Assembly: GCA_040289515.1 (NCBI GenBank)
Contig: PSLI01000009.1
Span: 1 to 53,529, forward strand
From: Candidatus Sysuimicrobiota bacterium
GTDB taxonomy: Bacteria; Sysuimicrobiota; Sysuimicrobiia; Sysuimicrobiales; Sysuimicrobiaceae
DNA length: 53,529 bases
Reading direction: 5' to 3'
Positions 27,801-38,792 of the stretch are shown here, in pieces. Each line of letters starts with the position of its first letter. Position 1 is the stretch's first letter. The notes under the pieces are model-generated. The model searched no databases. It saw nothing but the letters and a program-made list of their open reading frames with translations, and was not told where the DNA came from. The position numbers and the translations under genes are program-made.

Positions 27801-29225
27801 CTACCGCCGGGAAAGCCGCTCTTCCTCCGCCCACAGCTGCTCTATCGCCTCGCCGAAGTAGTACTTCTCCACGTGGTCCTGCTTGACCCGCTTCAGCTCC
27901 CCCTTCGGCAGCAGGGAGAGGAGCTTCCAGCCCAGGTTCAGGGTCTCCTCGATGGACCGCTCCGTGTGACGCTGATTGAGGAACTCCTGTTCGAAGGCGT
28001 CCGCGAACCGCAAATACATCCGGTCCCGTTCCGTCAGGGCCTCCTCCCCGATGATGGCCACCAGCCGGCGCAGGTCCACCCCGTTGGCGTACGCGCTGAA
28101 CAGCTGGTCCTTCAGGCCCGCGTGGTCCTCCCGGGTGCGGCCCGGACCGATGCCGTCGTTCATGAGCCGGGACAGGCTGGGCAGGGGGTTGATGGGCGGG
28201 TAGATGCCCTGCCGGTGCAGGGCCCGGCTCAGAACGATCTGCCCCTCCGTGATGTAGCCCGTGAGGTCCGGGATGGGGTGGGTGATGTCGTCGTCCGGCA
28301 TGGTGAGGATAGGCAGCTGCGTGACGGAGCCCTTCCGCCCGTGGATCCGGCCCGCCCGCTCGTAGATGGTAGCCAAGTCCGTGTACATGTAGCCCGGGTA
28401 GCCGCGGCGGCCTGGGATCTCCTCTCGGGCGGCACCGATTTCCCGCAGGCTTTCACAGTAGTTCGTCATGTCCGTGAGGATCACCAGGACCTGCTTGTCC
28501 AGCTCGAAGGCCATGTACTCCGCGGTGGTGAGGGCCAGCCGCGGGGTCATCAGGCGCTCAATGGTAGGGTCGTCCGCCAGGTTGAGGAACACCACGCTGC
28601 GGGACAGGGCCCCCGTGGCCTCGAACTGCTCGATGAAGTACGCGGCCTCTCGCTGGGTGATCCCCATGGCGGCGAACACCACCGCGAACTCCTCCTTCTC
28701 GCCCAGCACCTTGGCCTGCCGGGCGATCTGGGCCGCGATCTCGTTGTGGGGCAGGCCGGCGCCGGAGAAGATGGGCAGCTTCTGGCCCCGCACCAGGGTG
28801 TTCAACCCGTCGATGCTGCTGATGCCGGTCTGGATGAACTCCTGCGGCCGCTGCCGGGCCACGGGGTTGATGGGGGAGCCGATGATGGGCAGGCGCTTGT
28901 CCGGGATGATGGGGGGCAGGCCGTCGATGGGCTCGCCCCGGCCGTTGAACCGCCGGCCGATGATCTCCGGGCTCACCCCGAACCGGGCCACGTCCTCCCG
29001 CAGGCTCACGGAGGTCCGGGCCACGTCCAGGCCCGTGGTCTCCTCGAACACCTGGATCACCGCGTGCTCCCGGGAGACCTCGATCACCTGGCCGCCCCGC
29101 ACGCTACCGTCGGGCAGGTGGATGTTCACGATGGCGCCGTAGGCCAGGTCCTGCGCCCCCTCCACGAACAGCAGGGGTCCGGAGATGTACGAGATGGACT
29201 GGTAGCGCTTGGTGGCCAGTTCCAT
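27801..29225 (-). CDS. atpB: V/A-type ATP synthase subunit B
   Basis: [30 protein letters not shown] and [14 protein letters not shown] motifs. Confidence 0.97.
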   Translation of the reverse strand: MELATKRYQSISYISGPLLFVEGAQDLAYGAIVNIHLPDGSVRGGQVIEVSREHAVIQVFEETTGLDVARTSVSLREDVARFGVSPEIIGRRFNGRGEPIDGLPPIIPDKRLPIIGSPINPVARQRPQEFIQTGISSIDGLNTLVRGQKLPIFSGAGLPHNEIAAQIARQAKVLGEKEEFAVVFAAMGITQREAAYFIEQFEATGALSRSVVFLNLADDPTIERLMTPRLALTTAEYMAFELDKQVLVILTDMTNYCESLREIGAAREEIPGRRGYPGYMYTDLATIYERAGRIHGRKGSVTQLPILTMPDDDITHPIPDLTGYITEGQIVLSRALHRQGIYPPINPLPSLSRLMNDGIGPGRTREDHAGLKDQLFSAYANGVDLRRLVAIIGEEALTERDRMYLRFADAFEQEFLNQRHTERSIEETLNLGWKLLSLLPKGELKRVKQDHVEKYYFGEAIEQLWAEEERLSRR

Positions 29226-29244
29226 GGTTCCTCCACCTCCCGGC

Positions 29245-30993
29245 TCAGGCCGTCCCCGCAGGGGCCCGGAACGTTTCCGCCATCCTTCGCAGGAACTCCT
29301 CCGTGTAGACGGGGAAGCGGTCCGCGGGCACCTCCTTCATGCGGGCGATCTCCTGGATCTGCGGTAGGTTGAGGAGCTCGTCCATGGTCATCCCCCGCCG
29401 CAGGGCCGCCGCGGCTTGGTCGTAAAAGCTCAGGATGGCCTTCAGCATCCCGTAGGACTTGACGGGCGGGCAGTAGGCGTCCACCTCGGAGAAGGCGGAC
29501 TGCTGCAGGAAGTCCTCCCGCAGGATCTTGCCCACCTCGATGACCAGGCGCTGGTCGTCCTGCAGGGCATCCGGACCCACCAGCTGCACGATCTCCTGGA
29601 GCTCCGCCTCCCTCTGCAACAGCGCGGAGGCCCGTTCCCGCAGGGTCTCGAAGTCTTCGGGAAGGTTCTGGCGGTACCACTCGTGGAACAGGGGCGTGTA
29701 CAGGCTGTACGAACGCAGCCAGTGGATGGACGGGAAGTGCCGCCGGTTCGCGAGCCCCGCATCGAGGGACCAGAAAGTGCCCACGATGCGCAGGGTGGCC
29801 TGGGTCACCGGCTCTGACAGGTCTCCGCCGGGCGGGGAGACGGCACCGATGACGGTGATGGCGCCCCGGCGCTCCGGACGCCCCAGACACACCGCCCGGC
29901 CCGCCCGCTCGTAGAAGGCCGCCAGGCGGCTGGACAGGTACGGCGGGTAGCCCTCCTCCGCGGGCATCTCCTCCAGCCGGCTGGAGATCTCCCGCATGGC
30001 CTCCGCCCACCGGCTGGTGGAGTCCGCCATGAGGGCCACCTTGTAACCCTGGTCCCGCCAGTACTCCGCCATGGTGATCCCCGTGTACACGCTGGCCTCC
30101 CGGGCCGCCACGGGCATGTTGCTGGTATTGGCGATGATGATGGTGCGCTCCATCAGGGGCCGGCCCGTGCGGGGGTCCTCCAGCTCCGGAAATTCGTCCA
30201 GCACGTGGGTCATCTCATTGCCGCGCTCCCCGCAGCCTACGTAGATGATCACGTCCGCGTCCGCCCACTTGGCCAGGGTTTGCTGCATCACCGTCTTGCC
30301 GCTCCCAAAGGGGCCCGGGATGGCCGCGGTGCCCCCCATGGCCACGGGGAACAGCACGTCGATGACGCGCTGGCCGGTTACCAGAGGTTCCCGGGGGTCC
30401 AGCCGGCGCGCCACAGGCCGCGCCAGCCGCACCGGCCAGGTGTGCAGGAGCCGCAGCTCCCGACCGTCCTCCAGTCGGGCCACCACGCCTGTCACAGCGA
30501 ACTCGCCCTCCCGGATCTCCGCCACCCGCGACGGCCGAGCGTCCGGCGGCACCAGGATCCGGTGCGAGAAGCCGAACTCCTGCACCTCCCCCAACACGTC
30601 CCCCGGACCCACCTCCGCTCCCACGGACACCAGGGGCCGGAACGCCCACCGGCGCTCCCGGTCCAGGGCCGGAGCCACCGCACCCCGCCGGATGAAATCG
30701 CCCTGCTGCGACCGAACTGCCGGCAGCGGCCTCTGGATCCCGTCGAAGATGTTACTCAGCAACCCCGGCCCCAGTTCCACCGCCAGGGGTAGCCCGGTGC
30801 TCTCCACCGGCTCCCCCACCCGCAGCCCGGAGGTGTCCTCGTACACCTGGATGAAGGCGGTGTCCCCGCTGAGCCGGATGATCTCCCCCACCAGGCGTTC
30901 CTCTCCCACTCGGACGATGTCGTACATCCGGGCCCCCCGCATCCCGCGGGCGATCACCGCCGGCCCCGCAATCCTCACGATCTCGCCCTGCAT
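29245..30993 (-). CDS. atpA: V/A-type ATP synthase subunit A
   Basis: GPFGSGKT Walker [22 protein letters not shown] and EMPAEEGYP motifs; GAGGAGG RBS. Confidence 0.97.
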   Translation of the reverse strand: MQGEIVRIAGPAVIARGMRGARMYDIVRVGEERLVGEIIRLSGDTAFIQVYEDTSGLRVGEPVESTGLPLAVELGPGLLSNIFDGIQRPLPAVRSQQGDFIRRGAVAPALDRERRWAFRPLVSVGAEVGPGDVLGEVQEFGFSHRILVPPDARPSRVAEIREGEFAVTGVVARLEDGRELRLLHTWPVRLARPVARRLDPREPLVTGQRVIDVLFPVAMGGTAAIPGPFGSGKTVMQQTLAKWADADVIIYVGCGERGNEMTHVLDEFPELEDPRTGRPLMERTIIIANTSNMPVAAREASVYTGITMAEYWRDQGYKVALMADSTSRWAEAMREISSRLEEMPAEEGYPPYLSSRLAAFYERAGRAVCLGRPERRGAITVIGAVSPPGGDLSEPVTQATLRIVGTFWSLDAGLANRRHFPSIHWLRSYSLYTPLFHEWYRQNLPEDFETLRERASALLQREAELQEIVQLVGPDALQDDQRLVIEVGKILREDFLQQSAFSEVDAYCPPVKSYGMLKAILSFYDQAAAALRRGMTMDELLNLPQIQEIARMKEVPADRFPVYTEEFLRRMAETFRAPAGTA

Positions 30994-31007
30994 GGCCACC
31001 GCCTCCT

Positions 31008-31328
31008 CTAGCGCAGCTTCACGTAGAAGCCGATGTGTTCTTTCACCAGGCGGGCGATGTAGTCCTCGCCCGACTCCAGCTTGGCCCGCGGCGCGGGGAA
31101 GGGCACCAGAACCGGCAGGTCCCGTCCCCGCAGGACCCGGGCCACCTCCTCCTGCACCCCCTCCAGCAGCGCCTCGTTCACTGCCACGAGGCCATAGTCC
31201 CGCTGGACCAGCTCCCGCAGTACACCCACCGCGGCCCGGGGATCCTCCGCCTCGAACACGTCCGCCCCCGCCAGCCGGAACCCCGTGGCGGATTCGGAGT
31301 CCGTAACCACCGCCACCCGGTACGCCAT
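31008..31328 (-). CDS. atpF: V/A-type ATP synthase subunit F
   Basis: [12 protein letters not shown] motif; operon position. Confidence 0.93.
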   Translation of the reverse strand: MAYRVAVVTDSESATGFRLAGADVFEAEDPRAAVGVLRELVQRDYGLVAVNEALLEGVQEEVARVLRGRDLPVLVPFPAPRAKLESGEDYIARLVKEHIGFYVKLR

Positions 31329-31331
31329 CGC

Positions 31332-32360
31332 CTACACCAGCGCCATCTCCCTGCGGACCAGGTCCCGTGGGATCCCCAGGGCCTTGCTGCGGGCAATGAG
31401 CCGCAGGTTGCGGATCTCGTTGGCCAGCAAGGTTAGGTACCCCACCACCACGTCCACCCCCAGGGGATCGCCCAGGTACAGGGCCGCCATCCGCCGGGTT
31501 GCCTCCTGCTCCAGCCACCGCTCCACCTCTGCGGGCGAAATACCCTCCGGGTGGATGCCGCGGGCGCGCAGCTCCCGCAGACCCACCTCCGCCGTCCTGG
31601 GGTCTGCCAGGTTTCGGAACACGTTCCGGGTGACCACCGCACCGCCTTCCAGGAAGAACCGCTCCCGCTGGTCTGGGGTCAGCTCGGGCACCTGCTGGAC
31701 CTTGAAGGCGGTCTTCACGTTGGTGAAGTCCACCTGGGTACGCACCAGTTCCTTCACCCGGGCCGCGTCGTAGCCGCGGCCCCGCGCCGCCCGCAGGGCC
31801 CAGTCGTAGTACGCGCGGTCCAAAGCCAGCTCCAGGCTCAGCAGGTTGTGGGAATCCTGGTACCCCGGGAGCGAGCTGGCCAGGGCCTCCGCCAAAGGGT
31901 GACCCCAGGTGGCCAGGGTGCTGATCACCGCTGCCACGTCCGGTTGCTGCAGAAGCTCCCGCAACCGGACGTCGGACAACTCCGCGGCCGGGATCAGGGT
32001 GGCTTCCACCGCCTCGGGGGGGTGCCCTGAGTGCTTCCCCCGCAGGACCGCCCGCAGGTTGTGCACGTCCCAATGGAGGAGCAGCACCTGGATAAGGGTG
32101 CGGGGCTTGCCGTCCGCGAAGGACAGCACCCGGCGGGCCGCCTTCTGGAACGCCCGCGACAGGGCCTCGTCCACCGCCCGCAGCCCCTGGTAGCGCGTCA
32201 GCGCCTCCTGCAGCTCCGCCCCGTACGGCGTGTTGACCAGAGCCTGCAGGAAACTGTCCAGGTCCGGAACGCCCAGCAGCTCCTCCAGCCGCCCCGGGGG
32301 CAGCAGCCGCGACCTCATCCCTTTCACCCGGGCGTTGATGTACCCGAAGTCCGCCGGCAC
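31332..32360 (-). CDS. atpC: V/A-type ATP synthase subunit C (d)
   Basis: [17 protein letters not shown] and [10 protein letters not shown] motifs. Confidence 0.93.
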   Translation of the reverse strand: MPADFGYINARVKGMRSRLLPPGRLEELLGVPDLDSFLQALVNTPYGAELQEALTRYQGLRAVDEALSRAFQKAARRVLSFADGKPRTLIQVLLLHWDVHNLRAVLRGKHSGHPPEAVEATLIPAAELSDVRLRELLQQPDVAAVISTLATWGHPLAEALASSLPGYQDSHNLLSLELALDRAYYDWALRAARGRGYDAARVKELVRTQVDFTNVKTAFKVQQVPELTPDQRERFFLEGGAVVTRNVFRNLADPRTAEVGLRELRARGIHPEGISPAEVERWLEQEATRRMAALYLGDPLGVDVVVGYLTLLANEIRNLRLIARSKALGIPRDLVRREMALV

Positions 32361-32945
32361 CTATCCCTCCCACAGGAGGTCTGCCACCTCCGCCAGCAGC
32401 AGCTGGCGGGCCCGCCGCAGGCGGGAGCCCAGGGTGTTCTCCACCACGAACCGACCATCCTCGCTGCGCACCCTCACCCCTTCCCGCAGGGATGGGTCGA
32501 CCCGCACCTCCACCACGTGCAGACCCAGCTCCCGCGCGGCCGCTTCCACCGCGGATGCGTCCCTTTCCGGACACTCCACCACCACCGGCCCGTTGAAGCC
32601 CTGCGCCGCCTCCCGCAACAGACCCCGCAGGATGCGTGCGTAGCGGGCGGGGTCCTGAAGGATGCGCTCGAGCTCTGCGCCCGCGCGCCGGAACACCTCC
32701 TCCAGCTGCCGGTCCTTGGCCTCCAAGACCATAGAGGCCGCGCGCAGCTGCGCCACTCCCCGGGCCCGGACCCGGGCTGCCTCCACGCTCGCTGCCACGC
32801 GCTGGCGGTGAGTCTCCAGCAGGGCCTGAGCCTCCGCCTGCGCCCGCTGCAACAGCTGCTCCGCCTGCCTCCGCGCCTCGGCCAGCAGGCGCTGCCGCTC
32901 CGCCTCTGCCTCGCGCTCGAGCAGGTCGATCAACTCCGATGCCAT
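32361..32945 (-). CDS. atpE: V/A-type ATP synthase subunit E
   Basis: N-terminal coiled coil; [21 protein letters not shown]. Confidence 0.9.
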   Translation of the reverse strand: MASELIDLLEREAEAERQRLLAEARRQAEQLLQRAQAEAQALLETHRQRVAASVEAARVRARGVAQLRAASMVLEAKDRQLEEVFRRAGAELERILQDPARYARILRGLLREAAQGFNGPVVVECPERDASAVEAAARELGLHVVEVRVDPSLREGVRVRSEDGRFVVENTLGSRLRRARQLLLAEVADLLWEG

Positions 32946-32956
32946 GAGCGCAGTTG

Positions 32957-33283
32957 CTAGATCCGGCCGATCAGGAAGAAGGCCACCAGGAAGCCAAGGA
33001 TGATCATGGTCTCGGGCAGGGCCAGGAACACCAGCATCAGACCGCCGATTTCTGGCCGCTCCGCCATGGCCCCCGCCGCCGCGGCTCCGATCCGGGACTG
33101 GGCCCACGCGGTACCCAGCGCACCGAACGCCAGCGACAGGGCCGCCGCGATCCCCAGCAGCCCGGCCCGAAGTCCGTCCCCGGCCCGAGGGGCCGCCTCC
33201 GGGGCCTCCGCCGCCAGGGCGGGCAGGCCCACCAGGGCCACCGCCAGGACCGCCAGCACCACCATCCACGCGCGCTTGCTCAT
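32957..33283 (-). CDS. atpK: V/A-type ATP synthase proteolipid subunit K/L (c) with signal-like N-terminal extension
   Basis: [15 protein letters not shown] and ion-binding FLALPET motifs. Confidence 0.92.
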   Translation of the reverse strand: MSKRAWMVVLAVLAVALVGLPALAAEAPEAAPRAGDGLRAGLLGIAAALSLAFGALGTAWAQSRIGAAAAGAMAERPEIGGLMLVFLALPETMIILGFLVAFFLIGRI

Positions 33284-33291
33284 TCCCACGA

Positions 33292-35268
33292 TCACCTCCC
33301 TGTCCGTTGGAATGGTCGGTACGGTTGCCCGGTCTCCTCGTGATACTTCACCTTGGTGAAGAACTCGACCCAGTGCAGACGCGCGGGCTGGATCACGTGT
33401 CCCACGATGGTGAACACGAAGAACAGCACCTGGGCCAGGGCCGAGAGAAAGGTCGCCACGACCGTGCCCACCACCCCGCTCAGCCCGAAGGTCTCCGCCA
33501 TGCTGGGACCCAGCTCGTTGGCGGCCGTGGCCAGGGCAGCCGCCGCCAGACCGAAGGCCATGAGTCGGGCGTGGCTGAGCACGTGACCGAAGGCCGTGGC
33601 AGACTCCAAAAACCACATGGGGTTGGCGGCCCGGAAGGCCAGCCCCAGGCCGAAGGCCGCCAGCGCCGCCCACAGGAAGTTCCAGCTCACCGGCACCGCC
33701 GCCGCGGGCAGCAGGCCCGACAGGCCTCCCAGCAACAGCAGCACCCACGTGAGGGTCAGGATCATCACCGTGCTCTCCAGGACCCCCCGCAGGTTCCGGT
33801 GCCGCAGGGACTGCACCAGGTGCCCAGCGAGCCCGCCGTAGATCATCACCATCCCCAACAGGACGATGAGCTGGAAGTACAGATCGCGCTGCGCCCGTAC
33901 CCGGTCGAACAGGGGGTGCACCTGAAACAGCAGCTCCGGCAGGTTCCCGAACACCTCCGCGTACAGGACCCCGAACACCACCACCCACCCGGCGATCACC
34001 CGGACAATCCACGACACCGCCTGCAGGGTCTCCGGGCTCAGGCGCAGGTTCAGCAGGCTCACCTCCAGGGGCAGGCCCTGCCGGGCGCGGTTCCGCAGCC
34101 ACCACCCGAGGGCAAAGAACAAGATTCCGTAGCCCACGTCCCCGATCACCAGGCCCACGAACAGGGGGAAGGTCACCGCCAGAAGGGGGCTGGGATCCCA
34201 CGTGCCGTACCGCGGGGGCCGGAAGATGGCCAGCAGCAGCTGAAACGGCTGCACGGGTGGAGGGTTCTCCAGGGCTACGGGCACCTGGGCCGCCTCCTCG
34301 TGGTCGTGCGCGTCCACGGGGCTGTCCACCACCACCACCTCATCCCCGAACCGCTGCCGCAGGGTCGCCCGCAGCCGCGGGACCTCCCGGGTGGGAACCC
34401 ATCCGTGGACGATGAAGGTGTACCGGGACTGAGCGAAGCTGGGCAGCACCTCCAGCTTGGCCAGCTCGTCCCGCAGCCGCGCCTCCACCGCCTGCACGGT
34501 GCCCCGGGACGTGCGGCTGAGGGCCTCCAGCTGCCGCTGACAGTCGGAGATGACCTGCGGCAGCTGCTCCCGCAGCCGCGCCATCTCCTGCACCGCCTCC
34601 GCAGCGGGTCGGTCCGCGAACCGGCTGGGCAGCCGCAGCTCCGTGATCCCCGCCCGCTGCAAGAAGGAACGTACCGCCTCCCCATCCCGGCGGTGGAAGG
34701 CCACCACCACACCCAGGGTGTTGTCGTCGATCTGGTGGGAGACGACCTCTACGCGGCCACCCGTGATGCGGTCCAGCTCCCGGTGCAGCGCGGCCAAGGC
34801 AGGGGCCGCCTTTCCCCGCAGGAGGAAGCCGTAGGTCTCAAAGTGCCGGCTGCCCCGCAGGGCCCCCAGGAGGGGCGAGAGGACCCGTATTGCGCCCTCG
34901 TAGGACCGCACCAGCTCCAGTTCCTCCTGTGCTTCCGCCCGGCGCCGCACGAGCTCCCGCGCCTCGCGCTCCACGGGTTCCAAAATTGCTTCCAGCTCCT
35001 CCAGGCTCTGCTCGTGCAGGTCCGGGATCACCACAGGTCCTACCCGCGGCAACAGCTCCAGCAGCCCCCTGGTGCGCGCCAGCAGGCTCTCCAGGCGCCG
35101 TTGGAGGGCCTCCTCCTCGCTGCCGGGTTCCACGGGCCGTAACTGCAGAGCTTCCTCCGCCTCCACGCGGTCCACGTGTACCACGCCCAACCGCTGGACC
35201 GCGTCCGTCACCTCCCCCAGCAGCCGCTTGGGCCCCAGGAGGATGACCCGGCTCATCTCCACGATCAT
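33292..35268 (-). CDS. atpI: V/A-type ATP synthase subunit I (a)
   Basis: GWVP, GDVGYG, VLSHARLMAFGLA and RLHWVEFFTK motifs. Confidence 0.95.
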   Translation of the reverse strand: MIVEMSRVILLGPKRLLGEVTDAVQRLGVVHVDRVEAEEALQLRPVEPGSEEEALQRRLESLLARTRGLLELLPRVGPVVIPDLHEQSLEELEAILEPVEREARELVRRRAEAQEELELVRSYEGAIRVLSPLLGALRGSRHFETYGFLLRGKAAPALAALHRELDRITGGRVEVVSHQIDDNTLGVVVAFHRRDGEAVRSFLQRAGITELRLPSRFADRPAAEAVQEMARLREQLPQVISDCQRQLEALSRTSRGTVQAVEARLRDELAKLEVLPSFAQSRYTFIVHGWVPTREVPRLRATLRQRFGDEVVVVDSPVDAHDHEEAAQVPVALENPPPVQPFQLLLAIFRPPRYGTWDPSPLLAVTFPLFVGLVIGDVGYGILFFALGWWLRNRARQGLPLEVSLLNLRLSPETLQAVSWIVRVIAGWVVVFGVLYAEVFGNLPELLFQVHPLFDRVRAQRDLYFQLIVLLGMVMIYGGLAGHLVQSLRHRNLRGVLESTVMILTLTWVLLLLGGLSGLLPAAAVPVSWNFLWAALAAFGLGLAFRAANPMWFLESATAFGHVLSHARLMAFGLAAAALATAANELGPSMAETFGLSGVVGTVVATFLSALAQVLFFVFTIVGHVIQPARLHWVEFFTKVKYHEETGQPYRPFQRTGR

Positions 35269-35609
35269 GGCTCCAGACCTTGCAGCACCGCGGCCACCAC
35301 GCGGCGCACCGCGGCTTCCAGGTTCTTTTGGGCAGCCTGCCGGACGCGCTCCGCCTGCTCCCGGGCACGCCGGAGCTCTTCCTCCTCTGTCTTCCTGGCT
35401 TCCGCCTCCGCGCGCTCCTTTGCTTCCCGCTCCAGGCGTGCGGCCTCCTCCTGCGCCTGGGCTCGGATCCGGGCGGCCTGCGCCTCGGCTTCCTTCACCA
35501 GACGCTCCGCGTCCGCGCGGGCCTCCGCCAGCCGGCGCTCCAGCTCCGCCTCTTTTTGCGCCAGCAGCTGCAGCACGTTCCGTCGCTGGCGTTCGTGGCC
35601 CTCAGCCAT
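35265..35609 (-). CDS. V/A-type ATP synthase subunit G/H (peripheral stalk)
   Basis: Ala/Glu/Arg-rich coiled coil; first gene of the operon, overlapping the subunit I start. Confidence 0.85.
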   Translation of the reverse strand: MAEGHERQRRNVLQLLAQKEAELERRLAEARADAERLVKEAEAQAARIRAQAQEEAARLEREAKERAEAEARKTEEEELRRAREQAERVRQAAQKNLEAAVRRVVAAVLQGLEP

Positions 35610-35792
35610 GCTCCGCTTCCTCCTCCGCGGTGCGGCGGTAGACTTTGCGGGTCCGCACAGCTAGCAACCCGCCCCGCAACGCCCACGGACCAACCATGCA
35701 AACGGCGGCCCCCGCCGCGCCCGCCCGGCGGGGGACCGCCCCCGCTATGCTATCACACGTCCGCCAGTGTGACACGCGGATCTCCCGCCCCG

Positions 35793-37244
35793 CTAGCCAC
35801 CCAGCAGGCGCCGGGCCAGCTCCACGAAGCCCACCACGGGCTGCGGGTACAGGCCCACCGCCACAGTCCCCACCAGGGCCACTCCCAGGCCCACCCGCAG
35901 CGCCGGCGACACCGACAAGGGGGTCCTCTCGGGCGGAGGCATGAGGTACAGGGCCCGCAGCACGCCCACGTAGTAGTACAGGGAGACCACGCTGTTGGCC
36001 ACCGCCAGGGCTGCCAGCCACAGCAGCCCCGCGTCCACCGCGGCTGCGAAGAGGTAGAACTTTCCGAAGAAGCCCGCCGTGGGCGGGATCCCCGTCAGGG
36101 ACAGCATGAACACCACCATGGCCGCCGCCACCCACGGGGCCCGCTGGCTCAGCCCCGCGTGGTCGGGGATCTCGTCGGACCCGGTAGCTTCGGAAGCCAC
36201 CAGGGCCACGAAGAAGGCTCCCAGGTTCATGAACAGGTAGGCCAGCAGGTAGTACAAAAGGCCGGGCAGGGCCCAGGCGGACTTCCATGCAGCCAGAGCC
36301 ATGAGGACATAGCCCGCGTGGGCGATGCTGGAATAGGCCAGCATCCGTTTGAGGTTGCGCTGCAACAGGGCGAGGAGGTTGCCCACGGTCATGGTGAGGG
36401 CGCTAAGTCCCGCCAGCAGCAGGGGCCACTGCACCTGCTCCAGGGGAATTCCCACACTCAGGGTGCGCACCAGGGCCGCGAAGCCCGCGGCCTTGGGGCC
36501 CACGGACAGGAAGGCGGTGATGGGTGTGGGTGCGCCCTCGTACACGTCCGGGGTCCACTGGTGGAAGGGCACCATGGACACCTTAAATCCGAATCCGGCC
36601 AGGGCCATGCCCACCGCCAGGTACGCCGCCCCGCCCGCGCGCCCCAGGCGCGTGGCGACGTCGTACAGGCTCGTGCTGCCCGCCAGTCCGTACAGCAGGG
36701 AGAACCCGTAGGCCATAACACCTGTGGTGGCCGCCCCGTACAGGAAGTACTTCACGCCCGCCTCGTTGCTCTTGGGATCCCTCTTCAAGAAGCCCGCCAG
36801 CAGGTACGAACTCAAGGACACGAACTCGATGCTGAGCAGCAACAGGATGAGGTCCGAGGCGCTGGCCATGAGCAGCAGGCCCACGCCCGCGAACAGCAAC
36901 AAGGCGAAGGCTTCCCCCACGTGCGGGGTGCGGCCGGGGAAGTAGTCCAGGCTCACCAGGGCCACCAGCGCCACCGCACCCAGCGCCACCAGCTTCACGT
37001 AGAGGGCGAAGGGGTCCACCGTGTACGTGTCCGCGAAGATGCGCACTCCCCCGCTCCGGAGAGCCTGCAGCTCCGCCAGGAGCTGCCCGCAGGCGGCTGC
37101 GGCCGGTACTGCCGCCGCCACCGCGAACCACCCCAGCTGCCGCCTGCGGTCAGGGGCGGTCATCAGGTCCGCCAGCAGCAGGGCCACCGCGGCGCCCGTC
37201 AGCACCAGCTCGGGGACCAGCCAGCGCAGGTCCTGCCAGTTCAT
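35793..37244 (-). CDS. nuoN: NADH-quinone oxidoreductase subunit N
   Basis: EAGVKYF, FKVSMVPFHQWTPDVYEGAPTP and KRMLAYSSIAHAGY motifs. Confidence 0.95.
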   Translation of the reverse strand: MNWQDLRWLVPELVLTGAAVALLLADLMTAPDRRRQLGWFAVAAAVPAAAACGQLLAELQALRSGGVRIFADTYTVDPFALYVKLVALGAVALVALVSLDYFPGRTPHVGEAFALLLFAGVGLLLMASASDLILLLLSIEFVSLSSYLLAGFLKRDPKSNEAGVKYFLYGAATTGVMAYGFSLLYGLAGSTSLYDVATRLGRAGGAAYLAVGMALAGFGFKVSMVPFHQWTPDVYEGAPTPITAFLSVGPKAAGFAALVRTLSVGIPLEQVQWPLLLAGLSALTMTVGNLLALLQRNLKRMLAYSSIAHAGYVLMALAAWKSAWALPGLLYYLLAYLFMNLGAFFVALVASEATGSDEIPDHAGLSQRAPWVAAAMVVFMLSLTGIPPTAGFFGKFYLFAAAVDAGLLWLAALAVANSVVSLYYYVGVLRALYLMPPPERTPLSVSPALRVGLGVALVGTVAVGLYPQPVVGFVELARRLLGG

Positions 37245-38749
37245 CGCAGCATCGCCACCAGCTGGCTGCTGGTCAGGTTGATGACGTCCAGCAGGGGCTT
37301 GGGGTACACCCCGAACACCACCATGAGCACCACCAGAGGCACCAGCACCCACGCCTCCCGGCGGTCCAGGTCGGGCAGGTTCGCCCACCGCGGGTTGGTG
37401 GGGCCCAGGAAGATGCGCTGGATGGTCCACAGGAAGAAGGCCGCGGTGATCACAACGCCCAGGGCCGCCAGGGCGGTGAACACGGGGATGATACTGAAGG
37501 AACCCACGAAGATCAGGAACTCCGCCACGAAGCCCATGAGGCCCGGCAGGCCCAGGGAGGCGAACATGGCCGTGATGGACACCGCCCCGTACTTGGGCAG
37601 CACCGCCCAGAGTCCCCCGAAGTCGTCCACCCCCCGGGTGTGCGTACGGTCGTCGTACAGCACCCCCACCACCAGGAACAGGGCCCCCGTGATGACCCCG
37701 TGGGCCAGCATCTCCATGGTGGCCCCGTTCAGGGCGGTGGCAGCCGCGTCCGCCAGCTCCGGCCGGCCGTAGGCGTGAGCCGCGGCGGCCACCGCCAGCA
37801 TCACGTACCCCATGTGGTTGACGGAGGAGTACGCCACCAGCTTCTTAAGGTCCGTCTGGGCCATGGCCACGAGGGCCCCGTAGAGGACCCCCACCACCGC
37901 CAGGGCCGCGATGAGCAGGGCGTGCTGATGGAACACCTCCGGGAACAACGGCAGGCTGAAGCGCACGAACCCGTACGTGCCCAGCTTCAGCAGAATGGCG
38001 GCCAGGATCACGCTGCCCGCGGTGGGGGCCTCCACGTGGGCGTCCGGCAACCAGGTGTGGAAGGGCCACATGGGCACCTTGATGGCGAAGGACAGGAAGA
38101 AGCCCCAGAAGGCCAGCTGGGCCAGCAGCCCCGTGCCCGACAGGGGCCGCTGCCGCACGATTTCCGGGACGTCGAAGGTGCGCTGGCCTGGGGGCAGGTG
38201 GAAGTACAACAGCAGGATCCCCAGCAGCATGGCCAGGGAGCCCACCAGGGTGTACAGGAAGAACTTGATGGCCGCGTACTCCCGCCGGGGCCCACCCCAG
38301 ATCCCGATCAGGAAGTACATGGGGACCAGGGTCAGCTCCCAGAACACGTAGAACAGGAAAAAGTCCAGGGCGAAGAAGACACCCAACATCCCGGTTTCCA
38401 GGAGCAAAAACAGCAGGTTGTACTCCTTCACTCGGTGCCCCTCCCGGAAGGAGTACAGGACCGACAGCACGGTGAGCAGGGTGGTGAGCAGGACCAGCAC
38501 CAGGCTGAGCCCGTCCACCCCCACCTTGTACTGGATACCCACCGCGGGGATCCACGCGGCCTGCTCTATCCGTTGCATCTCCCGCCGCCCCAGCTCGAAG
38601 CGGGGCAGGATGAGCAGGGAGGCCACGAAGGTGGCCAGGGCAAAGCCCAGGCTGACCCGACGAATACGGTCCGCGTCCTCCCGGGGCAAGAACAGCAGCA
38701 CCAAGGCGCCCAGCAGGGGCAAAAAGAGGGTGATCGTCAGGATGGGCAT
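37241..38749 (-). CDS. nuoM: NADH-quinone oxidoreductase subunit M
   Basis: GVDGLS, FWELTLVPMY, KVPMWPFHTWLPDAHVEAP and LKKLVAYSSVNHMG motifs. Confidence 0.95.
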   Translation of the reverse strand: MPILTITLFLPLLGALVLLFLPREDADRIRRVSLGFALATFVASLLILPRFELGRREMQRIEQAAWIPAVGIQYKVGVDGLSLVLVLLTTLLTVLSVLYSFREGHRVKEYNLLFLLLETGMLGVFFALDFFLFYVFWELTLVPMYFLIGIWGGPRREYAAIKFFLYTLVGSLAMLLGILLLYFHLPPGQRTFDVPEIVRQRPLSGTGLLAQLAFWGFFLSFAIKVPMWPFHTWLPDAHVEAPTAGSVILAAILLKLGTYGFVRFSLPLFPEVFHQHALLIAALAVVGVLYGALVAMAQTDLKKLVAYSSVNHMGYVMLAVAAAAHAYGRPELADAAATALNGATMEMLAHGVITGALFLVVGVLYDDRTHTRGVDDFGGLWAVLPKYGAVSITAMFASLGLPGLMGFVAEFLIFVGSFSIIPVFTALAALGVVITAAFFLWTIQRIFLGPTNPRWANLPDLDRREAWVLVPLVVLMVVFGVYPKPLLDVINLTSSQLVAMLR

Positions 38750-38792
38750 GCTCGGACTCCCTGATTCCAGATTCCCCGCCGCAAAGGACACC

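Noticed and set aside
29245..32574. 1109-aa ORF suggesting a giant or intein-containing ATPase subunit A
   Set aside because: The N-terminal half is an off-frame read through the genes for subunits E, C and F; the real start is at 30993 with an RBS, and no intein motifs are present.
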